Positions 36,331 to 44,835 of a stretch of 58,981 nucleotides of DNA are shown piece after piece. The position numbers and the translations under genes were made by a program. The notes beneath the pieces were generated by a model, which saw nothing but the letters and a program-made list of their open reading frames with translations, did no database searches and had not been told where the DNA came from. Within the stretch, counting starts at the first letter, position 1. Each line of letters starts with the position of its first letter. This DNA comes from a virus (lineage: Duplodnaviria; Caudoviricetes), in the IMG/VR virus record IMGVR_UViG_3300031785_000001, positions 1 to 58,981 of that record. One strand, written 5' to 3'.

Positions 36331-36469
36331 CGAAGAGCGAGCAGAGTTAAGAGCCAAGCTGAACGAACACTTTGGAGAAGAAATAAACTTTGTTGGAACC
36401 TTAGTGTTCTGCACAATAATCTTTGGCTTCCTTATATTTATGAGTTTAATTTTCAAACTCTCGATATAA
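36284..36469 (+). CDS. Small coiled-coil plus TM protein
   Basis: GGAGG RBS; C-terminal hydrophobic helix. Confidence 0.55.
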   Translation: MKTERQKLFAQRKKIDEERAELRAKLNEHFGEEINFVGTLVFCTIIFGFLIFMSLIFKLSI

Positions 36470-36950
36470 GAAAGGGCGAGTTTATAGGATAAAAAAATCG
36501 TAATTTCAAGATTTATTTTATAATAATTTATACAAACAATACCCCCTAGCTTTGTGATAGGGGGTTTCGTTTTGCCGAACGAATGGAAACTGATTACATG
36601 TAATGCTTTGTGTTTACTTATTGTAATCGTTTGTAATTATATTACTTACGACAAATTTGATTACGGCGCAACAGATATTGTCTGCGCTTACTCAAAGCGA
36701 AGTGGTAAGAAAAAAAATAAAACAAAATCATTTACTAATGAATTAGAAGAGCTAAACGAGAACGCTTAAGCACCCTAAGTAAGTGATGAAGATGACAATT
36801 TTTATCAGGTTATCAAAGTATTTTTCAAGCATAGCCTGATATACACCCACCCCAAACAGAGTCAAGCACAATCGTGCAATTCCTAATGACTTATAGTCGC
36901 ACTTGACTATTTTGCTGTATGCTGTATAACTAATAATACAGGGAGCAATA
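36470..36950. other. AT-rich intergenic region, candidate attP / integrase control region
   Basis: Directly upstream of integrase; ACCCCCTA/TAGGGGGT hairpin (36541-36565); repeated TGTAAT/ATTAC words; TTGACT-N16-TATAAC promoter-like sequence at 36903-36930. Confidence 0.35.
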
Positions 36951-36953
36951 TTA

Positions 36954-37967
36954 ATGTTAAAATTAATTAAACGAAACAAGATATATTATGTGTGCGGATA
37001 CGCGCACCTCCTAGACGGACGCTCAATCCGTATTCGCCAATCAACAAAAACCTCAGATAAATTTCGTGCCGAACACAAACTGCGCGGTATTCTTTCTGAC
37101 TTAATGGTAGGCGAATATGACCACCCGAAGAACGAGACCGTTAGCGATGCGATAAACCATTACTTGCGGAGACCTACTCAGGCGAGGAGCAACACAGACA
37201 AGACGAATTTGTGTGGTTCTTTTGAGCGAGCGTTCGGCAAAGAAAGAATTTCTGTTCTCGACCAGAAAGAGGTGAACGAGTACTTCACCGACAGAGGAAC
37301 GAGAATAAAACCTAACTCTCTAGCCAGACAGATAACATCCTTCAACGCGATGATTAATTATTGCGAATCTTCTGGTTGGAAAGTTCCGTCTTGGCGTATG
37401 AAGAAACCAACTTATAGTGATGAACGAGTAAGATGGTTAACCGAGGCGGAGCGGGATGATTTTTTATTATTTTCTCATCCTGCGATAACCGATGTCTTGA
37501 CATTCTTGTTTTACACGGGAGCAAGAAAGGGAGAGGCATTTAACTTAAGGAAGCAAGACATCTTGCATGGTCAAGCACATCTAACTACATACAAGAAGAG
37601 AGGGAAGAAGCATGTCCGAGCAGTCCCTCTTACAGACAACCTAGTTAGTTTGTTGAATACCCTTACCATGAAAGTATCAGGTAATGCTCTTGTCTTCAAA
37701 GACGAAAAGGGTGAGGCGTGGACTGACAAAAGTTTTTCTCCTTACTTTAAAGAGAGTCTAGCTCTCGCGTCTATTAGTGACTTTAAACCTCACGACTGTA
37801 GACATACCTTCGCGTCTTTGCTTGTGCAAAAAGGAGCAAGTCTTAAAGCGGTAGCAGACTTACTTGGACATAGCTCATTAGATATGGTTATGAGATACGC
37901 GCACCTTGCGCCATCTCACCTTTCCGAAACAATTTCCCTTATTGATTCAGACAAGGCGTCTAAGTAA
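36954..37967 (+). CDS. int: Tyrosine recombinase/integrase
   Basis: TGARKGE, HDCRHTFAS, LLGH, MRYAH catalytic set intact. Confidence 0.92.
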   Translation: MLKLIKRNKIYYVCGYAHLLDGRSIRIRQSTKTSDKFRAEHKLRGILSDLMVGEYDHPKNETVSDAINHYLRRPTQARSNTDKTNLCGSFERAFGKERISVLDQKEVNEYFTDRGTRIKPNSLARQITSFNAMINYCESSGWKVPSWRMKKPTYSDERVRWLTEAERDDFLLFSHPAITDVLTFLFYTGARKGEAFNLRKQDILHGQAHLTTYKKRGKKHVRAVPLTDNLVSLLNTLTMKVSGNALVFKDEKGEAWTDKSFSPYFKESLALASISDFKPHDCRHTFASLLVQKGASLKAVADLLGHSSLDMVMRYAHLAPSHLSETISLIDSDKASK

Positions 37968-38010
37968 GTCGTTGCTATTTTTAAACTCGTGGTCAGAAAG
38001 GAGAAATGAA

Positions 38011-38241
38011 ATGCTGACGAACCAAAAGAGAGGGGAATACTTAGTAAGGTTGCCCTATACCGATGAGGAGATGGTTGAGATTAGAGAACTCTGTGAAAAT
38101 ATTATTGTTGTTATAGAGCAGAGGAAAAAGAATATGGCTGAACAGTCTAAAGCTATAGCCGATGACATCATAGATACTATTATAGATATAAAGATAGATG
38201 TCACAAACATGCACAAACAAAATAAGGAGAAATTAAATTGA
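38011..38241 (+). CDS. Hypothetical protein
   Basis: AAGGAG RBS. Confidence 0.55.
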   Translation: MLTNQKRGEYLVRLPYTDEEMVEIRELCENIIVVIEQRKKNMAEQSKAIADDIIDTIIDIKIDVTNMHKQNKEKLN

Positions 38242-38552
38242 ACGATAACGAAAAGAAAGATTCGGAAATTAGGTTCATACCTGTCGCCCAATGCACTCTT
38301 GTGCAGAGGGGCGATGAGTTTATTGGTATGGAATTAGATTACACGGAGAATGTTAAAGACGCGAGAGGCGCATCTTACATTCTTAATGTCTTGAGAAATT
38401 GTATTAACGAAGCAGGCTGGGTAACTAGCACTGTCCTGAAAGTACGAGGGAGCGATGCACCGAATGAAGGAACAGCAAGTAAAGAGAGCGATACTAATAG
38501 TGAAGTATCTGAGGAAGAAGAACGAGCAAGCAAATCTGTCGGAGCTATCTGA
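38238..38552 (+). CDS. Hypothetical protein
   Basis: AAGGAG RBS, TTGA coupling. Confidence 0.55.
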   Translation: MNDNEKKDSEIRFIPVAQCTLVQRGDEFIGMELDYTENVKDARGASYILNVLRNCINEAGWVTSTVLKVRGSDAPNEGTASKESDTNSEVSEEEERASKSVGAI

Positions 38553-38700
38553 ACAGATTGACTTAGGTCTGTCTTCTACTTCAAGACTAATAAAAGAACT
38601 GACAAGAATTGGTATTATGGAAAGAAATTCTTATATCAATGGGTTTCAGTTAGGTAAGAACGCCGACAAGTATATGACTTGGTGGCTAAACAGTGTATAG
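38455..38700 (+). CDS. Winged-HTH DNA-binding protein (IclR-N-like)
   Basis: LSELSEQIDLGLSSTSRLIKELTRIGIMER....FQLG. Confidence 0.7.
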   Translation: MHRMKEQQVKRAILIVKYLRKKNEQANLSELSEQIDLGLSSTSRLIKELTRIGIMERNSYINGFQLGKNADKYMTWWLNSV

Positions 38701-39135
38701 AATAAAGGCGACTAAGGCGACAAGACAAGACATTAGAAAAAACACTCCTCCCCCTAGGTAAATTAAATCTAATCTTTCTCTAGCCTTTCTCGCCCTCTCC
38801 TTTTCTTCTTCTTTTCTTCTCGCTCTTATTTCGGCTCTCAGCCGTAATAACTCCGACCAAGCAGACAACCCTCTTGTCTGAACAATAAGTTCTCTAAGCT
38901 GTGCTTCTAAATCTTTAGCTTGTTGTTTAGCTATGAATGTCTGCATAGCTTCTTCATTGGGGGATACAAACTGATTAACCACACTATTCTTTTTCTTTGA
39001 GTGCTGGTCTCTGCAATCATCTATCGCGTCAAACAATTTGCCTATGTCGCCAGCCATAGACGAAATGCCCTTGCCTGCTTCCGCGCCTGCTTTTATCGCA
39101 CTAAATGCTCCAAGAGCGATTGACAAGGGGTCCAC
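38686..39135 (-). CDS. Membrane-anchored coiled-coil protein
   Basis: MDPLSIAL..AIKAG N-terminus, C-terminal TM; AGGAGG RBS. Confidence 0.7.
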   Translation of the reverse strand: MDPLSIALGAFSAIKAGAEAGKGISSMAGDIGKLFDAIDDCRDQHSKKKNSVVNQFVSPNEEAMQTFIAKQQAKDLEAQLRELIVQTRGLSAWSELLRLRAEIRARRKEEEKERARKARERLDLIYLGGGVFFLMSCLVALVAFILYTV

Positions 39136-39148
39136 ACTATCACCTCCT

Positions 39149-39301
39149 TTAAGAGATAATAAGTATTAGTAGGATTGCTAAGACAACACCAATGATTATG
39201 TATGCTGTCTTGTTTTGTAGGCTCTCTGGTAAAAGAGATACTGCACTATTTAATAGTGAGGTTCCTACGCTTTTTGCTTTTTCTAAAATTGTATTTAACA
39301 T
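39149..39301 (-). CDS. 50-aa membrane peptide
   Basis: MLNTILEKAK...AYIIIGVVLAILLILIIS. Confidence 0.55.
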   Translation of the reverse strand: MLNTILEKAKSVGTSLLNSAVSLLPESLQNKTAYIIIGVVLAILLILIIS

Positions 39302-39302
39302 T

Positions 39303-39527
39303 TTAACCTCTGGTCCTTCGACCTCTTCTCATACCATACAGTGGTTTATATGAAGCCTTAGTAGATGTGCTTCCTTTGATGTTCCCATCAGTAATGCTTT
39401 TACCAAAGTGTGTAGGTAAATTGCCCGCCTGTCTGTATGGATTGGTTACTAAAATCGCCTCTTGTGTATTGGGTCGTCTTGGTTTAGCACCAAAAACAAC
39501 ACCTCTATCTTTTGCAATACGGCTCAT
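39303..39527 (-). CDS. Small basic protein
   Basis: AGGAG RBS; Arg-rich C-terminus. Confidence 0.6.
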   Translation of the reverse strand: MSRIAKDRGVVFGAKPRRPNTQEAILVTNPYRQAGNLPTHFGKSITDGNIKGSTSTKASYKPLYGMRRGRRTRG

Positions 39528-39529
39528 GT

Positions 39530-39667
39530 TTACTCCTTTGGTTCGTGTTTAGTAGACTTAATAACTATCTCTAGGTCTGTGTTAGCAGGTGTCTGTGTCG
39601 AAACATTTACATGACCTGCACAACCAATGAGAGCGAGTGCCACTAATGGTAGTATTAAATTTTTCAT
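39530..39667 (-). CDS. 45-aa lipoprotein
   Basis: MKNLILPLVALALIG-C lipobox; AGGAGG RBS. Confidence 0.65.
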   Translation of the reverse strand: MKNLILPLVALALIGCAGHVNVSTQTPANTDLEIVIKSTKHEPKE

Positions 39668-39676
39668 CTTTCCTCC

Positions 39677-39772
39677 TTACTTTCTACGCCCTCTCTTAGT
39701 GGAGGGCTTTTTTTTCTTGACTGTAGTCTTCCTGACTTTCAGTACTGGACGCAGTTTTTTCTTTCCATACAT
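39677..39772 (-). CDS. 31-aa highly basic peptide overlapping the upstream gene end
   Basis: MYGKKKLRPVLKVRKTTVKKKKPSTKRGRRK. Confidence 0.55.
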   Translation of the reverse strand: MYGKKKLRPVLKVRKTTVKKKKPSTKRGRRK

Positions 39773-40394
39773 AATATTCATCCTGCCTTTTCTTTAGTTC
39801 AACTAAGTCGTCATAGTGATATGCCTTGTAGTAATCTGTAGCCTTAGCTAATAACTGAGACATCTCTACTAGATGTTTGTATTCTTGCACAATTATTACC
39901 GCGTAGTCGTCCCCCATCGTTATTAATTCTTCGCCTTCTGGGATTGCCGCCAACTTGTCTTGCGTCTTGTGTTCTTCCGGGGACACCGGGGAACCCCCGG
40001 TGGACTCGGCAGGTAAGTGGTAATTGATGTCTAGCGTAGGATGTTCTGGGTGTATGCCAGCTATCCAGACGCCGAAGTGATTCTTGTTATGCTCATTTAT
40101 CCATGCGTCAAAATCAGTAACAGACATATTATTCCAGTCAGTCCAAGCAACGATATGGACAAGGTCTTCTGTCGGTGGGTGAAAAGCCTTAAGCTCATTA
40201 ACAGCTTGAATATCGCTAGATACATGTATCATAACCCTCTGACTTTGCCACGCTCTCTTTGCGAAAGGACAGGGAGGAACGCCATTAAAGGTATCGCTCG
40301 CAAGTTCTAGCCAGTTGGCTGACCATTCCCTGATTTCTTGAGCTATTAATACAGCGTTTTCATCCCAAGATAATTTCTTTATTGATGTCTTCAT
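39696..40394 (-). CDS. DUF1415-like protein
   Basis: W..........PPCPFAK, IHP, IIVQ. Confidence 0.6.
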   Translation of the reverse strand: MKTSIKKLSWDENAVLIAQEIREWSANWLELASDTFNGVPPCPFAKRAWQSQRVMIHVSSDIQAVNELKAFHPPTEDLVHIVAWTDWNNMSVTDFDAWINEHNKNHFGVWIAGIHPEHPTLDINYHLPAESTGGSPVSPEEHKTQDKLAAIPEGEELITMGDDYAVIIVQEYKHLVEMSQLLAKATDYYKAYHYDDLVELKKRQDEYYVWKEKTASSTESQEDYSQEKKALH

Positions 40395-40418
40395 AGCCTA
40401 TTATTATGTACACAAAGG

Positions 40419-40904
40419 CTACATGTCGTCCAAATGACCTAGTATGTCTTCGCACCAACCCTTTAAGTCTTCGTCTGACATCTCATTTCTCATCCAGTTA
40501 GACGCACGACATGTAAGTCTTATGTTATCCATCGTGTAACCTTTATCATTGTCTATTCTATCTAAAGACATATTACTAGGAACAAGACCTTTACCCCAGA
40601 TAATAGTCATAATTCTGCCAGATAAAGCACACCTCCCTCGTTGCTGTTTATACATCTCAAGCAGAGCGTCTTTGTCTAGAGAGTACTCAAGACCAGTATG
40701 TTTGCATCTCCGTTTTGCACCTGAACACAGGTTTGAAAAAAACTTATAAGGTGTGTCTGCTCCAGCGAGTGAAGAGCAGGGCTTACAGTATCCGTAAGGT
40801 TTTCCGTAATCACCTCTGTTTTTAGAGGCTTCTCCCTTACGAGTGTTAAATAAACTAATCGGTTTCTTCTTGTTGCACCTCGGACATTTGCGAGTCTCCG
40901 TCAA
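40419..40904 (-). CDS. HNH-type endonuclease with Zn ribbon
   Basis: CxxC...CxxC, QRGRCALSG, SLDRIDNDKGYTMDNI. Confidence 0.8.
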   Translation of the reverse strand: MTETRKCPRCNKKKPISLFNTRKGEASKNRGDYGKPYGYCKPCSSLAGADTPYKFFSNLCSGAKRRCKHTGLEYSLDKDALLEMYKQQRGRCALSGRIMTIIWGKGLVPSNMSLDRIDNDKGYTMDNIRLTCRASNWMRNEMSDEDLKGWCEDILGHLDDM

Positions 40905-41271
40905 TAATTCCCTCTATCTCTAAATACGATTTATAAAAAACAAGAAAGTCGTCTAGCGAGATGAGCAGTAATGAATCACCTGTCTTCATGCGGTTCTTGC
41001 GGTTGATAACTACAGGAAGTTCGGGAGATTGTGATGTCTCTTTGTTCCTCTTAGCTTGTCGCATAGCGTCATGGAAGTTAAGTCTTTCCACTCGCTTGGC
41101 TTCGACAAATAAATTTGGTGTGGCTAATAGGTCTGCGCCACCTGAATGTTTGTGAATGGTTCCACCGCCAGATAACGGTGCGCGAAAAGACTGGAGTCCT
41201 GTCTTCTCGTTAATGTAACGGGCTAGTTCTCTTTCGTAGCCATCTCCTTTTTGTTTTCTAGGGTTACTCAT
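40855..41271 (-). CDS. Holliday junction resolvase (PD-(D/E)xK, Hjc-like)
   Basis: KQKG..YEREL, RAPLSG, ADL, VEAK. Confidence 0.8.
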   Translation of the reverse strand: MSNPRKQKGDGYERELARYINEKTGLQSFRAPLSGGGTIHKHSGGADLLATPNLFVEAKRVERLNFHDAMRQAKRNKETSQSPELPVVINRKNRMKTGDSLLLISLDDFLVFYKSYLEIEGIIDGDSQMSEVQQEETD

Positions 41272-41564
41272 ACATCCTCGTATCCCATTTTCTTTCTACA
41301 TGGACGACAGAAGAACCAGTTCTTTGGTCTTTCTTCAGTGTCGCCACAAGACATACATGGTCTTACCCATGTCTTGCCACTGAAATCTCTACGCACTTGG
41401 TACTTTGCGCCGTCAAATTCCTGAAGTCCCTCCCTGACTAGGATTCGTTTTAAGGTATCGACACAGCAACCTATCCTTTCTGCCATGTCTGTGTAAGAGT
41501 GTTTGTTATGGTTATCTCGGAGCCAGTTCAAGTCCGTGTCTTTTACACGAACTACTTTAGGCAA
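41268..41564 (-). CDS. HTH plus Zn-finger transcription regulator (GcrA-like N-terminus)
   Basis: GGAGG then TTG 41564; SYTDMAERIG HTH; CMSC...CRPC. Confidence 0.6.
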   Translation of the reverse strand: MPKVVRVKDTDLNWLRDNHNKHSYTDMAERIGCCVDTLKRILVREGLQEFDGAKYQVRRDFSGKTWVRPCMSCGDTEERPKNWFFCRPCRKKMGYEDV

Positions 41565-41654
41565 ATGTGAAGCCCTCCATCTAAAAAATTTAAAGTAATA
41601 TAAGTTAGACACAGAAAAAACACAAACAAAAACCTTGATGTTTGCGTAAAAAAT

Positions 41655-41766
41655 TGATAAAACTACGGTGAGTTTTCTAACAGAGAACGAGCCAATCCGC
41701 CGTAGGCGGTTGTCTCGGAACTGTTTTAACTCGATAACGAAGTTATCTTCCTGAGTAGTTTTATCA
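41655..41766. other. Structured DNA element, candidate replication origin/primase site
   Basis: 12-bp perfect outer inverted repeat enclosing C-GTA-G and C-GAA-G triloop hairpins; near the primase gene 3' end. Confidence 0.5.
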
Positions 41767-41783
41767 CCCTTTATACACACCGA

Positions 41784-42143
41784 ATGGCTAAAAAAACAGA
41801 CAAGCAAATCAGACAAGAGAAAGAATATTTTGCATGGAAGGCGAAAAAAGATAGTCAAAAAATTGACGCCCCTGTCAAGAAAAAGACTATCCCTGTCAAA
41901 CCAAAAGTCACAAGAACAGAACACATCAAGATACAGAGAAATAAGTTATATGAGGAAACTGCTCAGAAAAATCGTGAGAAGTATCCAGAGATTGCGGAAC
42001 TTGTAGATGAGTTACGAAAGCATTTCGGTGAAGGGGTAAAGGTAGTAAGCGTCACCCCTCGCACCGCAATTAATGTTAATCCTCATCAAGCTCCAACCAA
42101 TTCCGAATCTGAAATAGAGGACGAGACAGACGAGAAGCAATAG
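41784..42143 (+). CDS. Basic hypothetical protein, lone plus-strand gene
   Basis: NREKYPEIAELVDELRKHFGEGVKV motif; protein-like composition. Confidence 0.65.
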   Translation: MAKKTDKQIRQEKEYFAWKAKKDSQKIDAPVKKKTIPVKPKVTRTEHIKIQRNKLYEETAQKNREKYPEIAELVDELRKHFGEGVKVVSVTPRTAINVNPHQAPTNSESEIEDETDEKQ

Positions 42144-43995
42144 CTTGAGGTTCCATTCCATCTAAAGCCATGTCTTTTGCTCTCTGTTTCGTTGACTTGC
42201 TAGACACAATAACCTTCTCATCTGTAAGGTTATTAGATGCAAAGCCAATCCATTGAACCCTATCATGTAGCTCTGTCCACTCTCTGACTTTCCCATACCT
42301 GATTTCCATAACCATATAGAGAGTAAAGTCTGAGGGTAGCTTTGCTTCTAGCTGTGGGAAGATAGGTTGCTCATAGTTTCCGTCATACAAAGCCGCATTT
42401 TGTTTAGCTGTGTCTTCATCTCGATAGACTTGAGCTACTCGTATCTGAGTCTCCAAGACGGTTAACTGGTTAGTACTTCCTGCTTCTCTACCAATTCCGT
42501 TCTCACTAGGCTTGTTTGAGTGGTGAATCATAATAACGCTAAGACCACTATTCCTTAAGGACACCGCCAATTTATTGACTCTCGCCCACTCGTCTGCTGA
42601 GTTTTCTGCAAGACCGGGGTACGCAGACCTGATAGTGTCTATCACGACAACATCTGGTCTAGAAAATTCTATCCAGTTTTGCAGTTCCATCAGACCTTCT
42701 CTCTTGTTTAAATCTATCTCTACCGAATCAACAAAAGGGGTCCATATGTTTAGTCTATCCTGAGTGTCTCCGTGTATGTCTCGCAAGTCCATCAGTCGTC
42801 TTGCTATCGTAGCCATACCCATTTCAAAATCCAGATAAAGAACTCTTGCTGGTCTTCCGATTTCAAAACAACCAAAATATTTTCTGCCAGACGACAAGGC
42901 TGTCATAGCATGCTGGACGAACAAAGATTTTCCATGACCACTGAATCCAAAAACTTGAACTATCGTGTTAGCAGGGAGCCAAGGCTCTATAAGATAGGTC
43001 TTTGCCATAGACTCATCTAATAGTGTCTGAGCATCCTTCATATGTATTAGTTTTCTTGGTCTGTTTTCATCAACCTCTGCGTTGCTAGGTGCTTGAGGAG
43101 ACAGTAAAAATTCACCCCTATCATTAAAATGATTAGGATGATTTCTTTTTTCTGCTTGCTCCATGCTAGAGACAGTTGCCTCAAACTCCCTCTCATCTAA
43201 TACTTCCTCAAAGAACTCGCGCATAAATGCGTGACCTCTAACCCTCAACTCTGAGCCAAAGTATCCTTCCTTGATGCTCTCTGATATATGCCTCATCACC
43301 CTTTCGTTTCTTCCGTTCCCCAAACCACTGGGTATCTTAAGACTATTAGGGAATGAATCTCTTACATACTTAGCAGTCCTATCCCACTCAGATAAAAACT
43401 CATCTGGGTCTATAGGATTTACTCCAGACAAATCTAATTCAGAAAAAGTAAATTCACCTGCAAATGTGGGTGCTTGATAACTAGGTTTCCAATCTTTCCA
43501 GATAGGCATATCCATAGCCAAATCAAAAACATCTTGAGCATAATCCCAATAATAATTTTTTGATGGTGGTAGTAGTGCGTAACTTCCATCACCTCTGAAA
43601 TCTAATCCGTTAACCTTTAACCAATCATCACCTCTTGAGTTTACGCCTGCCCTTGGACCTCTTCTTATCCCATCCTTCGGATGTTCAAAGTAAAGATGCA
43701 GACCCCTCTTGGTCTTAACAGTTATAGGTGAACGCATGCCTGCATCATAAGCCGCATGCTTTGCTTCCTCGTTATCACAGTCAACAATAACAACACCACT
43801 TATCTCTCCAGTAACGAGAGCTATGTCGTAGTCTTCCCATTGAGTCCACCACTGTGTAACTTCTTCTTCGGTAGGTTGCCTGTTTTGATACTCCGCCCAT
43901 CTAATTGCAGGGCGTTTACCTTTAGGCTTAATCGGTATTATCGACCATCCGTTCTCCAGATATTCCAGAGCCGCTTCCAGTTTCGTCTTGGACAT
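42076..43995 (-). CDS. Bifunctional prim-pol (AEP) plus RecA-type (AAA_25) helicase
   Basis: GWSIIP..KRP, VIVDCD, GLHLYF, DFRG..YALLPPS; GFSGHGKS, YLDFEM, VVIDT, IHH.NK. Confidence 0.9.
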   Translation of the reverse strand: MSKTKLEAALEYLENGWSIIPIKPKGKRPAIRWAEYQNRQPTEEEVTQWWTQWEDYDIALVTGEISGVVIVDCDNEEAKHAAYDAGMRSPITVKTKRGLHLYFEHPKDGIRRGPRAGVNSRGDDWLKVNGLDFRGDGSYALLPPSKNYYWDYAQDVFDLAMDMPIWKDWKPSYQAPTFAGEFTFSELDLSGVNPIDPDEFLSEWDRTAKYVRDSFPNSLKIPSGLGNGRNERVMRHISESIKEGYFGSELRVRGHAFMREFFEEVLDEREFEATVSSMEQAEKRNHPNHFNDRGEFLLSPQAPSNAEVDENRPRKLIHMKDAQTLLDESMAKTYLIEPWLPANTIVQVFGFSGHGKSLFVQHAMTALSSGRKYFGCFEIGRPARVLYLDFEMGMATIARRLMDLRDIHGDTQDRLNIWTPFVDSVEIDLNKREGLMELQNWIEFSRPDVVVIDTIRSAYPGLAENSADEWARVNKLAVSLRNSGLSVIMIHHSNKPSENGIGREAGSTNQLTVLETQIRVAQVYRDEDTAKQNAALYDGNYEQPIFPQLEAKLPSDFTLYMVMEIRYGKVREWTELHDRVQWIGFASNNLTDEKVIVSSKSTKQRAKDMALDGMEPQAIASRLSRPLFQIRNWLELDED

Positions 43996-44203
43996 TTGCT
44001 TTCTCCATCAGTTCATTTTCAAAGTAAGAGTTTAGGTCAAGTTCAGGATGTGCAGATTTTATTTTTTCCAAAACAGGAGACGATAGATAGTGTCTATTAA
44101 CCCAACCATATGGTGCTGTTCTCACTACTCCTGCAAGTTTTGCAACAGAAGAAACTCCACCTAGGTCTTCGATTAGTCTACTAATATTCAACCTCTTGTT
44201 CAT
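43928..44203 (-). CDS. Cro-like HTH protein
   Basis: LIEDLGGVSSVAKLAGVVRTAPYGW. Confidence 0.75.
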   Translation of the reverse strand: MNKRLNISRLIEDLGGVSSVAKLAGVVRTAPYGWVNRHYLSSPVLEKIKSAHPELDLNSYFENELMEKANVQDETGSGSGISGERMVDNTD

Positions 44204-44214
44204 TAACATTTCCT

Positions 44215-44269
44215 TTTTCACTTGTAATTACGAATGTATAATGTATACTACAAACTCTTTTAATGTAAA
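44215..44269. promoter_or_regulatory. Overlapping divergent sigma70-type promoters
   Basis: +: TTGTAA-N16-TATACT and TATAAT(44237); -: TTTACA-N18-TACATT. Confidence 0.55.
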
Positions 44270-44313
44270 GACATCATTCGTTAAATGCTGATGCTAATTT
44301 GAAAGGAGCAGTT

Positions 44314-44835
44314 ATGAAAGCAAAAACCGATGACACGGCTTGGACTGAATTTAATCCCAAACCGTCTTCCCCCTCTAAATCTTTATCAATACCAAAGGGT
44401 ATGACCATAAGGCATGGTGCTGTCGTTCCTATGCCAGAGGATGATTTAGAGGAGGCTAAAACAAAACGCGACAAAGCTATGAACGAACTAGCCAAAAGGT
44501 TATTCGCTCTAAAGGCAAGGTCTGAAGAAGACGCGCAAGAGATTGCACGGATGGAGGCAGAGCTTGGCACTTATTTCCCAGAAGAAGCAGGAGAGATTTC
44601 AGTTTCAACCGAAAACTTTACTGTCACTTGTAACCGCCTAGAGAGGTGGTCGTGGGACAAAACACTTCTTGAAGAAATTTTTAATCAAGAAGAACTTCCA
44701 GAGTGGGTGACTAGAAACCTATCTGTGGATAAAAGGAAGTTTCAAAAACTTCCAACTGAGGAGCGAGAGAAAGTTAAACCCGCTCTGACTCGTAAACTTA
44801 ATAACCCTCGAATAAAGGTGACAAAAAATGTTTAA
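44314..44835 (+). CDS. Hypothetical recombination-module protein
   Basis: AAGGAG RBS; coiled coil then WSWDK..L; precedes Sak4-like gene. Confidence 0.65.
   Translation: MKAKTDDTAWTEFNPKPSSPSKSLSIPKGMTIRHGAVVPMPEDDLEEAKTKRDKAMNELAKRLFALKARSEEDAQEIARMEAELGTYFPEEAGEISVSTENFTVTCNRLERWSWDKTLLEEIFNQEELPEWVTRNLSVDKRKFQKLPTEEREKVKPALTRKLNNPRIKVTKNV

Noticed and set aside
36554-36769. tmRNA tag or real 71-aa gene upstream of the integrase
   Set aside because: No tRNA-like domain; no RBS and the start lies within a hairpin; left uncalled
40401-40431. Seventh late-promoter copy (GGACGACA)
   Set aside because: Hexamer at 17 nt is TAATAA and CATAAT is at 15 nt; plausible but off-pattern
41565-41924. 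N-terminal ~120 aa of the 218-aa ORF
   Set aside because: Phe-rich shadow of the plus-strand gene and structured element; RBS supports a start at 41564
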